A stretch of 64,000 nt of DNA from Synergistaceae bacterium (GCA_016756725.1 JAESII010000005.1:78996-142995); one strand, 5' to 3'. Positions 16,932 through 26,621 are shown, numbered from the stretch's first letter. Made by a program: numbers and translations. Notes: generated by a model not told the origin, from the sequence alone.

Positions 16932-18224
16932 ATGGCTCATGAGACGAAGCTCTTTCGCAAGAAGGCTCTGGACCGGCTCTCGTCGCCGGAGCAGATGGAC
17001 CGGACGATGTCCTTCGTCGGTCCCCGGGCCTGGATCCTGCTGCTGGCCTCCCTGGTCCTGATGGGAGGGCTCCTCTTCTGGGGCTTTTTCGGCTCCCTGT
17101 CGACGAAGGTCACCGGGGCCGGAATCCTGCTCGGCATGGGGGAGGTCGTCGAAGTGAGTCCCCGCGAGGGGGGCCGCGTCCTGAGCCTGGCCTCGGGGCT
17201 GAACCGGTATGTTCAGAAGGGGACCATCCTGGCCGAGATCGATCAGATCGCGATGGAGCAGCAGCTCGAAGAGGCCGAGCGGGAACTGGAGGATCTGAGA
17301 AACCAGCTCCTCCGGGCCGAACAGAGCGAGGCCTCGAGAAAGCGCTACGAATCGGACTACACCGAAAGCCAGCGCCGGACCCTCCAGACCTCCATCCTTT
17401 CCGCCAGGGACCGGGCCCGAAGACTCGAGGAGATGGAGAAGAAATATCGCGGCCTCTACGAGCGCCAGCTCGTGACGGAGGGGGAGTACCTCGACGTCCG
17501 TGACCGCTACGACCAGGCTGTCCAGGACATCCTCCGCTACGAGGAAAACCTGGCCAAGCTGCCCGTCGCCACCGTCGAGTCCCGCACCCAGTGGGAGAGG
17601 GAGCAGCGCGACCTGGCCTACCAGATCGTCCAGATGGAGGAGCGCGTCCGCCAGTACGCGACGAAGCTGGAGGAAAACAAAAGCCTCGTCAGCCCCGTTT
17701 CGGGGTTCGTCATCGGCGTCTACAAGAACACGGGCGAGATGGTCGCCGCCGGCGAGACGGTTTACGTCATCGAGGAGGCCGGCCCGGCCCAGAGCGGGAG
17801 CGAGGCGGAGCTCTTCGCCCAGGTCTACGTGCCCACGGCCCAGGGCAAGAAGGTCCGTCCCGAGATGGAAGCCCTCGTGACGCCGACGGTCGTGAAGCGC
17901 GAAGAGTACGGCTCGATCCGGGGCCGCGTCCTTTTCGTCTCCGACGCTCCCGTCTCGCGGAAGACGATGCTCCGTTTCCTGGGCAACGAGGACCTGGTCG
18001 ACCAGCTCTCCCGTGACGGATCGCCCATCGGCGTCTACGTGGAGCTCCTCGATTCGGACGAGACCGAAAGCGGCTACGTCTGGACCTCGGGGAAGGGTCC
18101 GTCGATCACGATCGACCGCAATTCGGTCTGTTCTGTCGAGATCGTGACGCGCCGCCAGAAGCCGATCACCCTCGTTCTGCCCTTCCTCCGGAAATGCCTT
18201 CTCGGCGTCGGAGAGGGACAATGA
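16932..18224 (+). CDS. NHLP/Nif11 bacteriocin secretion membrane-fusion protein (HlyD family)
   Basis: LFRKKALDRLSSPEQMD N-terminus, coiled coil, 'GKKVRP.M...V.P..VKREEYGSI.G.V', 'SGYVWTSGKGP'. Confidence 0.92.
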   Translation: MAHETKLFRKKALDRLSSPEQMDRTMSFVGPRAWILLLASLVLMGGLLFWGFFGSLSTKVTGAGILLGMGEVVEVSPREGGRVLSLASGLNRYVQKGTILAEIDQIAMEQQLEEAERELEDLRNQLLRAEQSEASRKRYESDYTESQRRTLQTSILSARDRARRLEEMEKKYRGLYERQLVTEGEYLDVRDRYDQAVQDILRYEENLAKLPVATVESRTQWEREQRDLAYQIVQMEERVRQYATKLEENKSLVSPVSGFVIGVYKNTGEMVAAGETVYVIEEAGPAQSGSEAELFAQVYVPTAQGKKVRPEMEALVTPTVVKREEYGSIRGRVLFVSDAPVSRKTMLRFLGNEDLVDQLSRDGSPIGVYVELLDSDETESGYVWTSGKGPSITIDRNSVCSVEIVTRRQKPITLVLPFLRKCLLGVGEGQ

Positions 18225-20428
18225 GAACTTTCAGGAAATCTCCGGCTCCCCTTCGGTGGTCCTCAGGCCGGGGGCGGGTGAAGACGCCGACCCTGCTTCA
18301 GATGGAGGCAACCGAGTGCGGTGCCGCCGCCCTGGGGATCGTCCTCGGTTACTACCGGCGCTTCGTCCCCCTCGAGAAGCTCCGCGAGGAGTGTGGCATC
18401 ACCCGCGACGGCAGCAAGGCGAACAACGTCCTTCGGGCCGCACGGCGCCACGGGATGGAGGCCGAAGGCTTCCGCGTGGAGACCGAGGATCTGCCTCAGC
18501 TTCCTTTGCCCCTGATCCTCTTCTGGAAGTTCAACCATTTCCTCGTCCTCGAGGGAATGAAGGGGTCCAAGGTCTTTCTCAACGATCCCGCCGCCGGGCC
18601 CGTCGTCGTCGACCGTGAGAGCTTCGACCGCGACTTCACCGGCGTGGTCCTTTCCCTCGTTCCAGGCCCCGACTTCGTGGCCCAGGGGAGCCCCAAAAGG
18701 CCCTGGCAGGCCCTGGGCCAGCGTCTCAAGTCGGTCTGGACGATGCTCCTTTTCGCCGTCGTCGCCGGCCTGGGGCTGGTCATTCCCGGCCTGCTGGTGC
18801 CGGGGCTCTATCAGGTCTTTCTCGACGAGATCCTCGTCTCTTTCCAGCCGGGCTACTTCAAGCCGCTGCTGCTCTTTCTCCTCGCCCTGGGGCTGACCCA
18901 GGGGGTGCTGACGCTGCTTCAGCAGCATGCCCTGCTCCGGCAGGAGATGGCCCTGGCCGTGGGCCAGTCGCTGCGCTTTTTTCTCCACGTCCTGCGTCTG
19001 CCCTATGCCTTCTTCGTCCAGCGCTTCAGCGGCGAGGTGGGCAACCGGGTGGCCCTGAACGACCAGATCGCCACGACCCTCTCCCGCCAGCTGGCGACGA
19101 CGGTGCTGAGCTGCTCGACGCTGGTCTTCTTCTTCGTCGTCATGGTCGGCTATTCGCCGACGATCGCCCTCATCGGCGTCGGCGCCGCCCTGGCCAACGT
19201 GGCTCTCCTCCTGTCCGTCAACCGGCGCCGGGCCGACCTGAACGAGCGGATTCTCGCCGACCGGGGCAAGTTCACGGGCATCGCCATGAGCGGCCTTCAG
19301 CTCATCGAGACCATCAAGGCCACGGGGGGCGAGGACGATCAGTTCGCCCGCATCGCCGGGCACCTGACCAAGTCGAAGCGTGGCCAGATCGAGATGGGCT
19401 TTTTCAATACCCTCATCGAGCCCGTCCCCTCTCTTCTGGCCTCCCTCGTCGCTGCCACCCTCCTCTGTCTCGGCGGCCTCCAGGTCATGGAGGGCGTCCT
19501 CACCCTGGGCATGCTTCTGGCCCTGCAGACGCTGATGACGAATTTCCTCAATCCCGTGGGCCAGCTCGTCGACCTGAGCGCCACCTTCCAGACCGTCCAG
19601 GGGACGCTGAACCGTCTCGAAGACGTGCTGCGCTATCCCGCCGACTCGTCCTGGCAGCCCCGGGAGGAGGACGGCCGCGAGAGGGACCCGAAGGCCGCCG
19701 TTCCCTTCCGCCTCACCGGTCGGCTCGAGCTGCGGGGCCTCACCTTCGGCTATTCCCGCCTCGACGCGCCGCTGATCGAGGACTTCTCCCTCACCTTGAG
19801 GCCGGGAGCGAGGATCGCCCTCGTCGGCGGTTCGGGATCGGGCAAGTCGACGATCGCCAAACTCGTCTGCGGCCTCTTCGAACCCTGGTCGGGGGAGGTT
19901 CGCTTCGACGGCATTCCCCTGAGGGAGATCGACCGGGAGAGACTGGCCCGGTCCTTCTCCTTCGTCGATCAGGACATCGTCCTCTACGAGGGAACGGTCC
20001 GGGAGAACCTCACCCTCTGGCGCGAGGGGATTCCCGAGGCGTGGCTCGTCGAGGCCTGCCGCGACGCGGCCATCCACGACGAGATCGCCGCCCGGCCCAA
20101 GGGATACGACTCCCTCGTCGAGGAGAACGGCCGCAACTTCAGCGGCGGCCAGAGACAGCGCCTCGAGATCGCCCGGGCCCTCGTCATGGGGCCTTCGCTG
20201 CTCGTCATGGACGAGGCGACGAGCGCCCTCGATACCCAGACGGAACGTCTCGTCGACGCCGGACTGAGACGCCGCGGCTGTTCCTGCCTCATCGTGGCCC
20301 ACCGGCTCTCGACGATCCGCGACAGCGACGAAATCATCGTCCTCGACCACGGCAAGGTCGTCGAACGGGGCGACCACGAATCGCTCATGGCTCTCTGCGG
20401 CCGCTACCGGTCGCTCATCGAGAACTGA
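18221..20428 (+). CDS. NHLP-family ABC exporter with C39 peptidase domain (leader removal)
   Basis: TPTLLQMEATECGAAAL (catalytic Cys), WKFNHFLV (His), GGSGSGKST, FSGGQRQR. Confidence 0.93.
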   Translation: MRTFRKSPAPLRWSSGRGRVKTPTLLQMEATECGAAALGIVLGYYRRFVPLEKLREECGITRDGSKANNVLRAARRHGMEAEGFRVETEDLPQLPLPLILFWKFNHFLVLEGMKGSKVFLNDPAAGPVVVDRESFDRDFTGVVLSLVPGPDFVAQGSPKRPWQALGQRLKSVWTMLLFAVVAGLGLVIPGLLVPGLYQVFLDEILVSFQPGYFKPLLLFLLALGLTQGVLTLLQQHALLRQEMALAVGQSLRFFLHVLRLPYAFFVQRFSGEVGNRVALNDQIATTLSRQLATTVLSCSTLVFFFVVMVGYSPTIALIGVGAALANVALLLSVNRRRADLNERILADRGKFTGIAMSGLQLIETIKATGGEDDQFARIAGHLTKSKRGQIEMGFFNTLIEPVPSLLASLVAATLLCLGGLQVMEGVLTLGMLLALQTLMTNFLNPVGQLVDLSATFQTVQGTLNRLEDVLRYPADSSWQPREEDGRERDPKAAVPFRLTGRLELRGLTFGYSRLDAPLIEDFSLTLRPGARIALVGGSGSGKSTIAKLVCGLFEPWSGEVRFDGIPLREIDRERLARSFSFVDQDIVLYEGTVRENLTLWREGIPEAWLVEACRDAAIHDEIAARPKGYDSLVEENGRNFSGGQRQRLEIARALVMGPSLLVMDEATSALDTQTERLVDAGLRRRGCSCLIVAHRLSTIRDSDEIIVLDHGKVVERGDHESLMALCGRYRSLIEN

Positions 20429-20443
20429 GGGGAGGGGAGGATC

Positions 20444-23350
20444 ATGGACAGCCGGCTCGAATCGCTCACGTCCCGCGGCACGGAATGGACCCTTCTCTCC
20501 CGCCTGGGGGAGCCTCTGGGAGGAAGACAGCCCTTTCTCGTCGTCGTCGAGGGCATCGTCGACGTCCGGGGCGTCGTCCTCTCCGACGACAGGCCCTGGG
20601 GACCGCGGGAACCGCTCCTTTCTCTTGCCGCCGGGGACGTCCTCTGGGACGTCGACGGAATGATCGCGGGCTACGGCCTGGAGCTGACGGCCCGGGACAG
20701 GGCCCGCCTCGTGGCGGTCCCCTGGGCGGTCCTCGAAAAGTGGGCCTCCGATCCCGAGCGGCGCCAGACCCTTCTTGCCCTGGCCGAGAACTTCCTGGGC
20801 CGTTTCGCCGCGACGCTGAGCCGCAAGGCCACTCCCGGTTCTGCGCCGGTGAAGGCTCCCGAAGAGGGAGAACACTCCTTTGAGGCCGGCGAGCTGCTGG
20901 CTTCTCCCGAGGGGGCCCCCTGGGCCTCTCCGGTCGGGGGCGAGCTCCTTCTTCTGGGCACCGAATCGCCCGGTGAGGGCCCCTTTTTCGCCGGGGCCGG
21001 CCTCTGGCTTCGGACCCTCTCGGAAGGGGCCGTCCAGTGGCTTCCGGCCTCGGAAATCGCAAGACAGATCCCTCTCGGGGAGCTGCTCCGGCGAAGCCTG
21101 GCTCTCTTCTGGCGTCTCGCCTCCGTCGAGGCCCGCCTCGATCTGGCCGATCAGTGGAACGTCTCCCGTACCATGGCCGCCCTCGGCCGGGAGCGTTTCA
21201 AGGGAGCCCTGGCCAATCTCGGGACCATCCTCTCCCGGGGCGAGGAACGCAAGGCGGCCCCGGCCGAGACGCCCTGGCTCAAGATCGGCGCCCGCCTCGG
21301 CGAAGCGATGGGCTTCAGCCTGCCCCGGGATCTGCAGAATCCCCAGGAGATCACCTCAGCCGAGGACCTGGGCCGTGCCCTGAGCCTGAGGGTCCGCAAG
21401 GTGGCCCTCGAAAAGGGCTGGTGGCGCAAGGAGGGTCTGCCCCTCATCGCCTTTGCCGGCGACGACGAGCCCCTGGCCCTCATTCCCCGAGGACGGCGCT
21501 ATCACCTCTACAGGCCCGGCGACGGCTCGGAGGCTCCCGTCACAGCCGTCGAGGCCGCGGCGATCGCCGAAGAGGCCTTCGCCGTCTACCGCCCCCTGCC
21601 GGCGGGCAGCCTGAAGAAAGGGGACCTCTTCTCCTTCGGTCTTTTCCGTTCCGGCGGCGAACTCCTCTTGGCCTTCGTCGTCGCCGTCGTCATGGGCGGC
21701 CTGGGCCTTCTCGTGCCCGTCATCAACGGCAAGGTCTTCCAGGACCTCATCCCCGCCGCGGAGCGGGGCGAGATCGTCGATACCTTCCTGATCCTCGTCG
21801 CCCTCGCTCTGACGACGGCGCTGCTCCGGCTCTTTCAGCAGCTCTCCCTCTTCCGCGTCGAGAGCCGCATGGACCACGATCTGGAGACGGCCCTCTGGGA
21901 CCGGCTGCTGCGGCTGAAGGCGACCTTCTTCCGTCGCTACTCGGCCGGCGACCTGGCCAACCGCGCCTTCGGTCTCTACTCGGTCCATCAGTACATGAGC
22001 CAGTCGGCCCGCACGGTGGTCACCAGCTTCGTCTTTTCTCTGCTCTATCTGGCCCAGATGTTCTATTACGACTGGAAGGTCGCCCTCGCCGCCGCGGCCT
22101 GTCTGGCCTGTCTCGGCGCGGCCATGGCCCTGGCCGGCCTGGTGCAGATCCGTTACCAGCGGAAGATGGTGGCCCTCCAGAACCGGCTGAGCGGCATGGT
22201 CCTCCAGATCCTGTCGGGACTGAACAAGATCCGCGTCGCCGCCGCCGAAGAGCCCGCCTTCGCCCGGTGGGCCAACCTCTTCGGCTCCCAGCGGCTCTGC
22301 AACTACCGGTCCGGCCGGGCCGTGGCCATCCTCAGCGGCTTCGCCTCGGCCTTTCCCGCCCTCTGTGCCGTCATCATCTTTCTTGTCATCATGTACGGCC
22401 GCGTCGGCTATCCCGACGAGATGGGCCAGGCCTACGACCTGGGTCGCTTCGTCAGCTTCTGGTCCGCCTACGGCGCCATGCAGGGCGCCTTCCTGAGTCT
22501 CGTCTCGACGGTGATGACCCTCTTCGCCGTCCTCCCCCTCTACGAGGCGCTCTCCCCCGTTCTCGACGAGGAGCCCGAGGTGGGCGACCTCAAAGCCGAT
22601 CCCGGCCTTCTCCGGGGCAAGATCGATCTCTCCTCCGTCACCTTCCGCTACGACAGGGAGGCGCCCATCCTCTTCCAGAACCTCTCCCTGTCGGTGAAGC
22701 CCGGCGAGTTCCTGGCCCTTGTCGGTCCCTCGGGATCGGGCAAGTCGACGATCATCCGCCTCCTTTTGGGCTTCGAGTTTCCCGAAAGGGGCGACGTCTT
22801 CTACGACGACAAGCCGCTGAAGGACATGGACCTCCGCAAGGTCCGCTCCCAGATCGGCGTCGTCCTTCAGCAGGGGGGGGTCATCGCCGGCGACCTTTTC
22901 TCCAACATCGTCTGTTCCCGGCCCCTCTCGATCGACCAGGCCTGGGAGGCGGCCCGCATCGCCGGCCTCGACGAGGATATCAAGGCCATGCCCATGGGCA
23001 TGCACACGATGATCACCGAAGGGGCCAACACCCTCTCGGGCGGTCAGCGGCAGCGGCTGGCCATCGCCAGGGCTGTCGTGGCCAGGCCGTCGATCCTGCT
23101 TTTCGACGAGGCCACATCGGCCCTGGACAACCGCACTCAGGACGAAGTCTCCCGCAGTCTGGAACAGCTCCAGGCGACGCGGATCGTCGTGGCCCACCGC
23201 CTCTCGACGATCCGCAACGCCGACCGCATCGCCGTCATCGCCGGCGGCGCCGTGGCCGAAGAGGGGACCTTCGACGAGCTGATGGAACGGCGGGGGCTCT
23301 TCTACGAGCTCAGTCTCCGCCAGATGACGGGAGAGGAGGCACGATCGTGA
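20444..23350 (+). CDS. NHLP-family second ABC transporter (inactive peptidase-like domain, degenerate N-terminal regulatory domains)
   Basis: 'RVRKVALEKGWWR...PL', WDRLLRL..FFRRYSAGDL, GPSGSGKST, LSGGQRQR. Confidence 0.9.
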   Translation: MDSRLESLTSRGTEWTLLSRLGEPLGGRQPFLVVVEGIVDVRGVVLSDDRPWGPREPLLSLAAGDVLWDVDGMIAGYGLELTARDRARLVAVPWAVLEKWASDPERRQTLLALAENFLGRFAATLSRKATPGSAPVKAPEEGEHSFEAGELLASPEGAPWASPVGGELLLLGTESPGEGPFFAGAGLWLRTLSEGAVQWLPASEIARQIPLGELLRRSLALFWRLASVEARLDLADQWNVSRTMAALGRERFKGALANLGTILSRGEERKAAPAETPWLKIGARLGEAMGFSLPRDLQNPQEITSAEDLGRALSLRVRKVALEKGWWRKEGLPLIAFAGDDEPLALIPRGRRYHLYRPGDGSEAPVTAVEAAAIAEEAFAVYRPLPAGSLKKGDLFSFGLFRSGGELLLAFVVAVVMGGLGLLVPVINGKVFQDLIPAAERGEIVDTFLILVALALTTALLRLFQQLSLFRVESRMDHDLETALWDRLLRLKATFFRRYSAGDLANRAFGLYSVHQYMSQSARTVVTSFVFSLLYLAQMFYYDWKVALAAAACLACLGAAMALAGLVQIRYQRKMVALQNRLSGMVLQILSGLNKIRVAAAEEPAFARWANLFGSQRLCNYRSGRAVAILSGFASAFPALCAVIIFLVIMYGRVGYPDEMGQAYDLGRFVSFWSAYGAMQGAFLSLVSTVMTLFAVLPLYEALSPVLDEEPEVGDLKADPGLLRGKIDLSSVTFRYDREAPILFQNLSLSVKPGEFLALVGPSGSGKSTIIRLLLGFEFPERGDVFYDDKPLKDMDLRKVRSQIGVVLQQGGVIAGDLFSNIVCSRPLSIDQAWEAARIAGLDEDIKAMPMGMHTMITEGANTLSGGQRQRLAIARAVVARPSILLFDEATSALDNRTQDEVSRSLEQLQATRIVVAHRLSTIRNADRIAVIAGGAVAEEGTFDELMERRGLFYELSLRQMTGEEARS

Positions 23351-24651
23351 TCGCGAAAACAGGAAGATTCCTCGTCGTCGCCCTGATCGGTCTCCTCCTA
23401 GGGGCCCTTCCGGCCCTGGCCGGACCGGATCGGTTTCCCCTCGACCTGGAGTCCTATCTCCTCAAGGTGCTCAAGGCCAACCCCTCCATCAGGGCGGACC
23501 GGCTCAAGGCCCAGGCCTTGAGGGAGGACGCCCGCCTGACTGTGGCCAACCAGAGGACCAACGTCTCCGTCGCCGGTTCCGTCGAGCGTTGGACCTACTA
23601 CCCCGGGCGGCGCAGCGACCAGACCCTGTCGCTGGTGCTGCGCCAGAACGTCGACGTCTCCGGCCTCTACGGGGCGACGGAGCGGAAGGCCCTCTACGCC
23701 TACCGGATCGGCCTCTACGATTATGCCGCCACGATCAACGCCGTCCTCGCCGCTGCCGAGGAGGCCTACTGGAAGGCGGGCTATGCCCGCAGGAAGGTGA
23801 TCCTCCTTGAAGAGATCGTCGAGGAGCGCCTCAAGGCGCTCGATCTGCTGGAACTCCAGCTGAGACAGAAGCTCGTCACCGCCATCGACAGGAACAAGGG
23901 ACGGGTCAATCTCGAGGAGGGACAGCTGGCCCTGGAGGAGGCCCGTTTGGCCGAGCTGCTGGCCCTGGAGGACATGGCCCGCTACGTCGGCCTGTCAGGA
24001 TTTTGCCCTGCCGAAGTTCCCGAAGACGCCTTCGGCCTTCCCGGAGATCTGGCCACCGTTCTCGAGACCAACCCCCAGCTCGCCTCGGCCAGAACGGCCG
24101 TCGACTACGCCCGGGCCGGCCTGGCCGTCGCCGCCAGGGGCAAGGCCCCGACGGTGCAGCTCCAGGGGACCTACCGGCTCTGGACGGACTACACCTCCCC
24201 CTATTCGGATCAGGAGGAGGGGGAGTGGGAGCTCCTTCTCTATGTCGACTTTCCCCTCGTCGACGGAGGCAAGGTCGCCGCCGACGTGAGAAAGAACACA
24301 AACCTCGTCGACGAGGCCATTCAGCGCCTCAGGGACGGCGAAGACGAGGTGACCCTTCTCTACCGTCAGGCCAGCCAGGAGTGGCATTCGGCCATGCGCA
24401 AGGCCGAGCTCCTGAAACGCCAGCAGCGCTATGCCGGAGAAAACCGGGAAAGCACCTGGATTCTCTTCCAGGAGCGCCTGAAGGACACGCTGGCCCTCAT
24501 GGACGCCTTCGAGAAGGACCAGCAGGCCCAGACCCAGCTCGTCGAGGCCCTCCTCAACATCCGTCTTGCCGAGGTGAAGGCCCGCAAGGCCCTGGGGGCC
24601 TACCTCGACGACGTGCCCCGCGACGTGCTGGAAGGGGGCGGCCTGCCGTGA
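23347..24651 (+). CDS. TolC-family outer-membrane efflux protein
   Basis: Signal peptide, two helical OEP-like repeats (NP.+.A, 'FPLVDGG'); GTGA overlap with the ABC gene. Confidence 0.8.
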   Translation: MIAKTGRFLVVALIGLLLGALPALAGPDRFPLDLESYLLKVLKANPSIRADRLKAQALREDARLTVANQRTNVSVAGSVERWTYYPGRRSDQTLSLVLRQNVDVSGLYGATERKALYAYRIGLYDYAATINAVLAAAEEAYWKAGYARRKVILLEEIVEERLKALDLLELQLRQKLVTAIDRNKGRVNLEEGQLALEEARLAELLALEDMARYVGLSGFCPAEVPEDAFGLPGDLATVLETNPQLASARTAVDYARAGLAVAARGKAPTVQLQGTYRLWTDYTSPYSDQEEGEWELLLYVDFPLVDGGKVAADVRKNTNLVDEAIQRLRDGEDEVTLLYRQASQEWHSAMRKAELLKRQQRYAGENRESTWILFQERLKDTLALMDAFEKDQQAQTQLVEALLNIRLAEVKARKALGAYLDDVPRDVLEGGGLP

Positions 24652-25751
24652 CGGATCTCCTCACCGCCGAGAGCCGGCCCTGCCTCAAGGGGAGCGCCAT
24701 GGCCGTCGGCCTGCCCGGCGACGGCCTTCTCTTCCCCTTCCTGCCCCGCCCGGAGGCTCAGCTTCTGGCCGTCGCGCCCTGGCAGAAGGCCTTCTTTCAG
24801 CTCCTCGACGGCGAGCGAACCCTGAAGGAAATTGCTGCCCTGCTGCCCCTCTTCGGCCATGAGGTGAGCCTTGCCGAGGTACTTGCCTTCGTCCGCGACC
24901 TCGACAGCCGCCTCCTCCTCGAGGAGGGGAGGGACGGCGCCAAGGAGGACCGCTACAGTCGTCAGCGTCTCTTCTTCGGCGCCTGGCGCAGGCGGGGCCG
25001 TTCCTTCGCCCAGGAGGCCCAGAAGCGGCTCGCCTCCAGCCGCGTCGTCCTCTTCGGCGTCGGCGGGGGCGGCTGTCATGTCCTCCAGAGTCTGGCTTCC
25101 TTCGGCCTGGGCGGCATCACCGTCGTCGACGGTGACGTTGTGACGCCGTCGAATCTGAACCGCCAGTGCCTCTACCGCCCCGATGACGTGGGCCGCTCCA
25201 AGATCGATGTCCTCCGCCGGGAACTGCCCCGGATCAACGGGGACGTCGCCTTTTCCTTCGTCGACCGGGTCATGAGGGGGGCTGAGGACTTCGCATCCCT
25301 CATCGCCGACGCCGACCTGGCCATCCTCACCGCCGATTCGCCGCGCCAGTCCATCTTCGGCTGGTTCGACGACGCCCTCTTCCGCGTCTTTCGCCCCGGC
25401 CTCTTCACCGCCGGCGTCAGCCTCGGGGGGCTCTCCCTGGGCCCTCTCGTCGTCCCCGGCGAGACGGCCTGCTACCGTTGCTCCCTGCCGCCGTGGACGC
25501 CCGATTTCGACCGGCCCGAGGTGAAAGTCCTCAACGGCGCCTACCGCCACGGCGTCATCGCCCCCCATCTGGCCGTCCTGGGGGGGCTCATGGCCCTTGA
25601 GACGGTCCGCTTCCTCACTGGTTTCGAGGAACCCCTCACCCGAGGAGCCCGTCTCGGCCTCGATCTCTCCCGGTGGGAGGCGGTGCGGACGCCCCTTTCG
25701 GCCCGGCCCGGGTGCCGGTGCCACCGAGCCGAAAGGGGGGATGGGCCCTGA
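24648..25751 (+). CDS. ThiF/E1-family adenylyltransferase with N-terminal winged-helix (RRE-like) domain
   Basis: LLDGERTL.EI winged-helix region; RYSRQ, GVGGGG, DGDVV..SNLNRQ, GPLVVPGETACYRC. Confidence 0.85.
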   Translation: MTDLLTAESRPCLKGSAMAVGLPGDGLLFPFLPRPEAQLLAVAPWQKAFFQLLDGERTLKEIAALLPLFGHEVSLAEVLAFVRDLDSRLLLEEGRDGAKEDRYSRQRLFFGAWRRRGRSFAQEAQKRLASSRVVLFGVGGGGCHVLQSLASFGLGGITVVDGDVVTPSNLNRQCLYRPDDVGRSKIDVLRRELPRINGDVAFSFVDRVMRGAEDFASLIADADLAILTADSPRQSIFGWFDDALFRVFRPGLFTAGVSLGGLSLGPLVVPGETACYRCSLPPWTPDFDRPEVKVLNGAYRHGVIAPHLAVLGGLMALETVRFLTGFEEPLTRGARLGLDLSRWEAVRTPLSARPGCRCHRAERGDGP

Positions 25752-26548
25752 AGCTGACCCTTCACGGAGGAACCGTCGCCTGCGACGTCATCGGCGACGG
25801 GCCTCCCCTGCTCTTTCTCAACGGCCTGGGCATGCCCCGCTCCGGCTGGAGCCGCGTCGTGGCGTCCCTCAAAAGCCCCTGCCGGGCCATCCTCGTCGAC
25901 CCCCCCGGCTCCGGCGAGAGCGACGATCCCCGGGGCCCCCTCTCCATCGCCTCTCTGGCCGACGACGCATCCCGGCTTCTCGAGGCTCTGGCCGTCGGCG
26001 AGGTCTTCCTCGCGGGCACCTCCATGGGCGGCTTCGTGGCCCTTGAGATGGCCCGGCGACACCGACACAGGACAAGAGGGATGGTGCTCTTCTGCACTCC
26101 CTCCCGTCTCGACGGGTGGGGCCGCTTTCAGATCGAGACCTGGCTCAAGCTGCGTCGTGAGGGAGCCTCTCCGGAATCGCTCATCCGCCTCCAGCTGGCT
26201 GCGACGCTCTCGTCCTCTCTCTTCGACCGTCTGGCGACGGTGGAGGCCATGGTCGCCTTCTTCGTCGACCATCAGGAGGAACTGGGCCAGAGCGACGGCG
26301 CCTTCGTCGCCCAGGCCCAGGCCTGTCTCGACTTCGACGGAGGGCCCTTCCTGGGCGACATCGACTGTCCGGCCCTCGTCGTCGCCGGCGGCGCGGACCG
26401 CATGGTGCCGCCCGCTCAGGCCGAGGCCCTCCACCGCGGCCTCAGGAGAAGCCGTTTCCTTCTCCTGCCCGACGGGGGACATGCCCTGGCCGTCACGGAA
26501 AGCGCCGCCATGGCGGCGGCGATCGATTCCCTCCTGGCGGCCTCCTGA
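25748..26548 (+). CDS. Alpha/beta hydrolase
   Basis: GTSMGG nucleophile elbow, DRMVP acid, GGH His; start inferred as CTG overlapping the ThiF stop (ORF track start 25673). Confidence 0.85.
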   Translation: MKLTLHGGTVACDVIGDGPPLLFLNGLGMPRSGWSRVVASLKSPCRAILVDPPGSGESDDPRGPLSIASLADDASRLLEALAVGEVFLAGTSMGGFVALEMARRHRHRTRGMVLFCTPSRLDGWGRFQIETWLKLRREGASPESLIRLQLAATLSSSLFDRLATVEAMVAFFVDHQEELGQSDGAFVAQAQACLDFDGGPFLGDIDCPALVVAGGADRMVPPAQAEALHRGLRRSRFLLLPDGGHALAVTESAAMAAAIDSLLAAS

Positions 26549-26563
26549 ACCCTGCTTCAAGGC

Positions 26564-26600
26564 AAAAGAGGAGGCCGGCCCCTCAGGGGCCGGCCTCCTC
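26564..26600. terminator. Rho-independent terminator between the convergent RiPP operon and fhs
   Basis: Perfect 15-bp IR gaggaggccggcccc-tca-ggggccggcctcctc preceded by AAAA (U-tail on the minus strand). Confidence 0.85.
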
Positions 26601-26621
26601 AGTCCTGATCGGGTGGCGGGC

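Noticed and set aside
22873-22880. Second G8 tract, in the ABC transporter gene
   Set aside because: In frame (QGGV) with an intact ORF; it shows G8 runs occur here without disruption
21037-23346. Long N-terminal extensions in the ORF track for TolC, ThiF, rSAM2, GT, IclR and HutU
   Set aside because: They overlap neighbouring real genes; RBS positions and stop/start overlaps support the shorter starts reported
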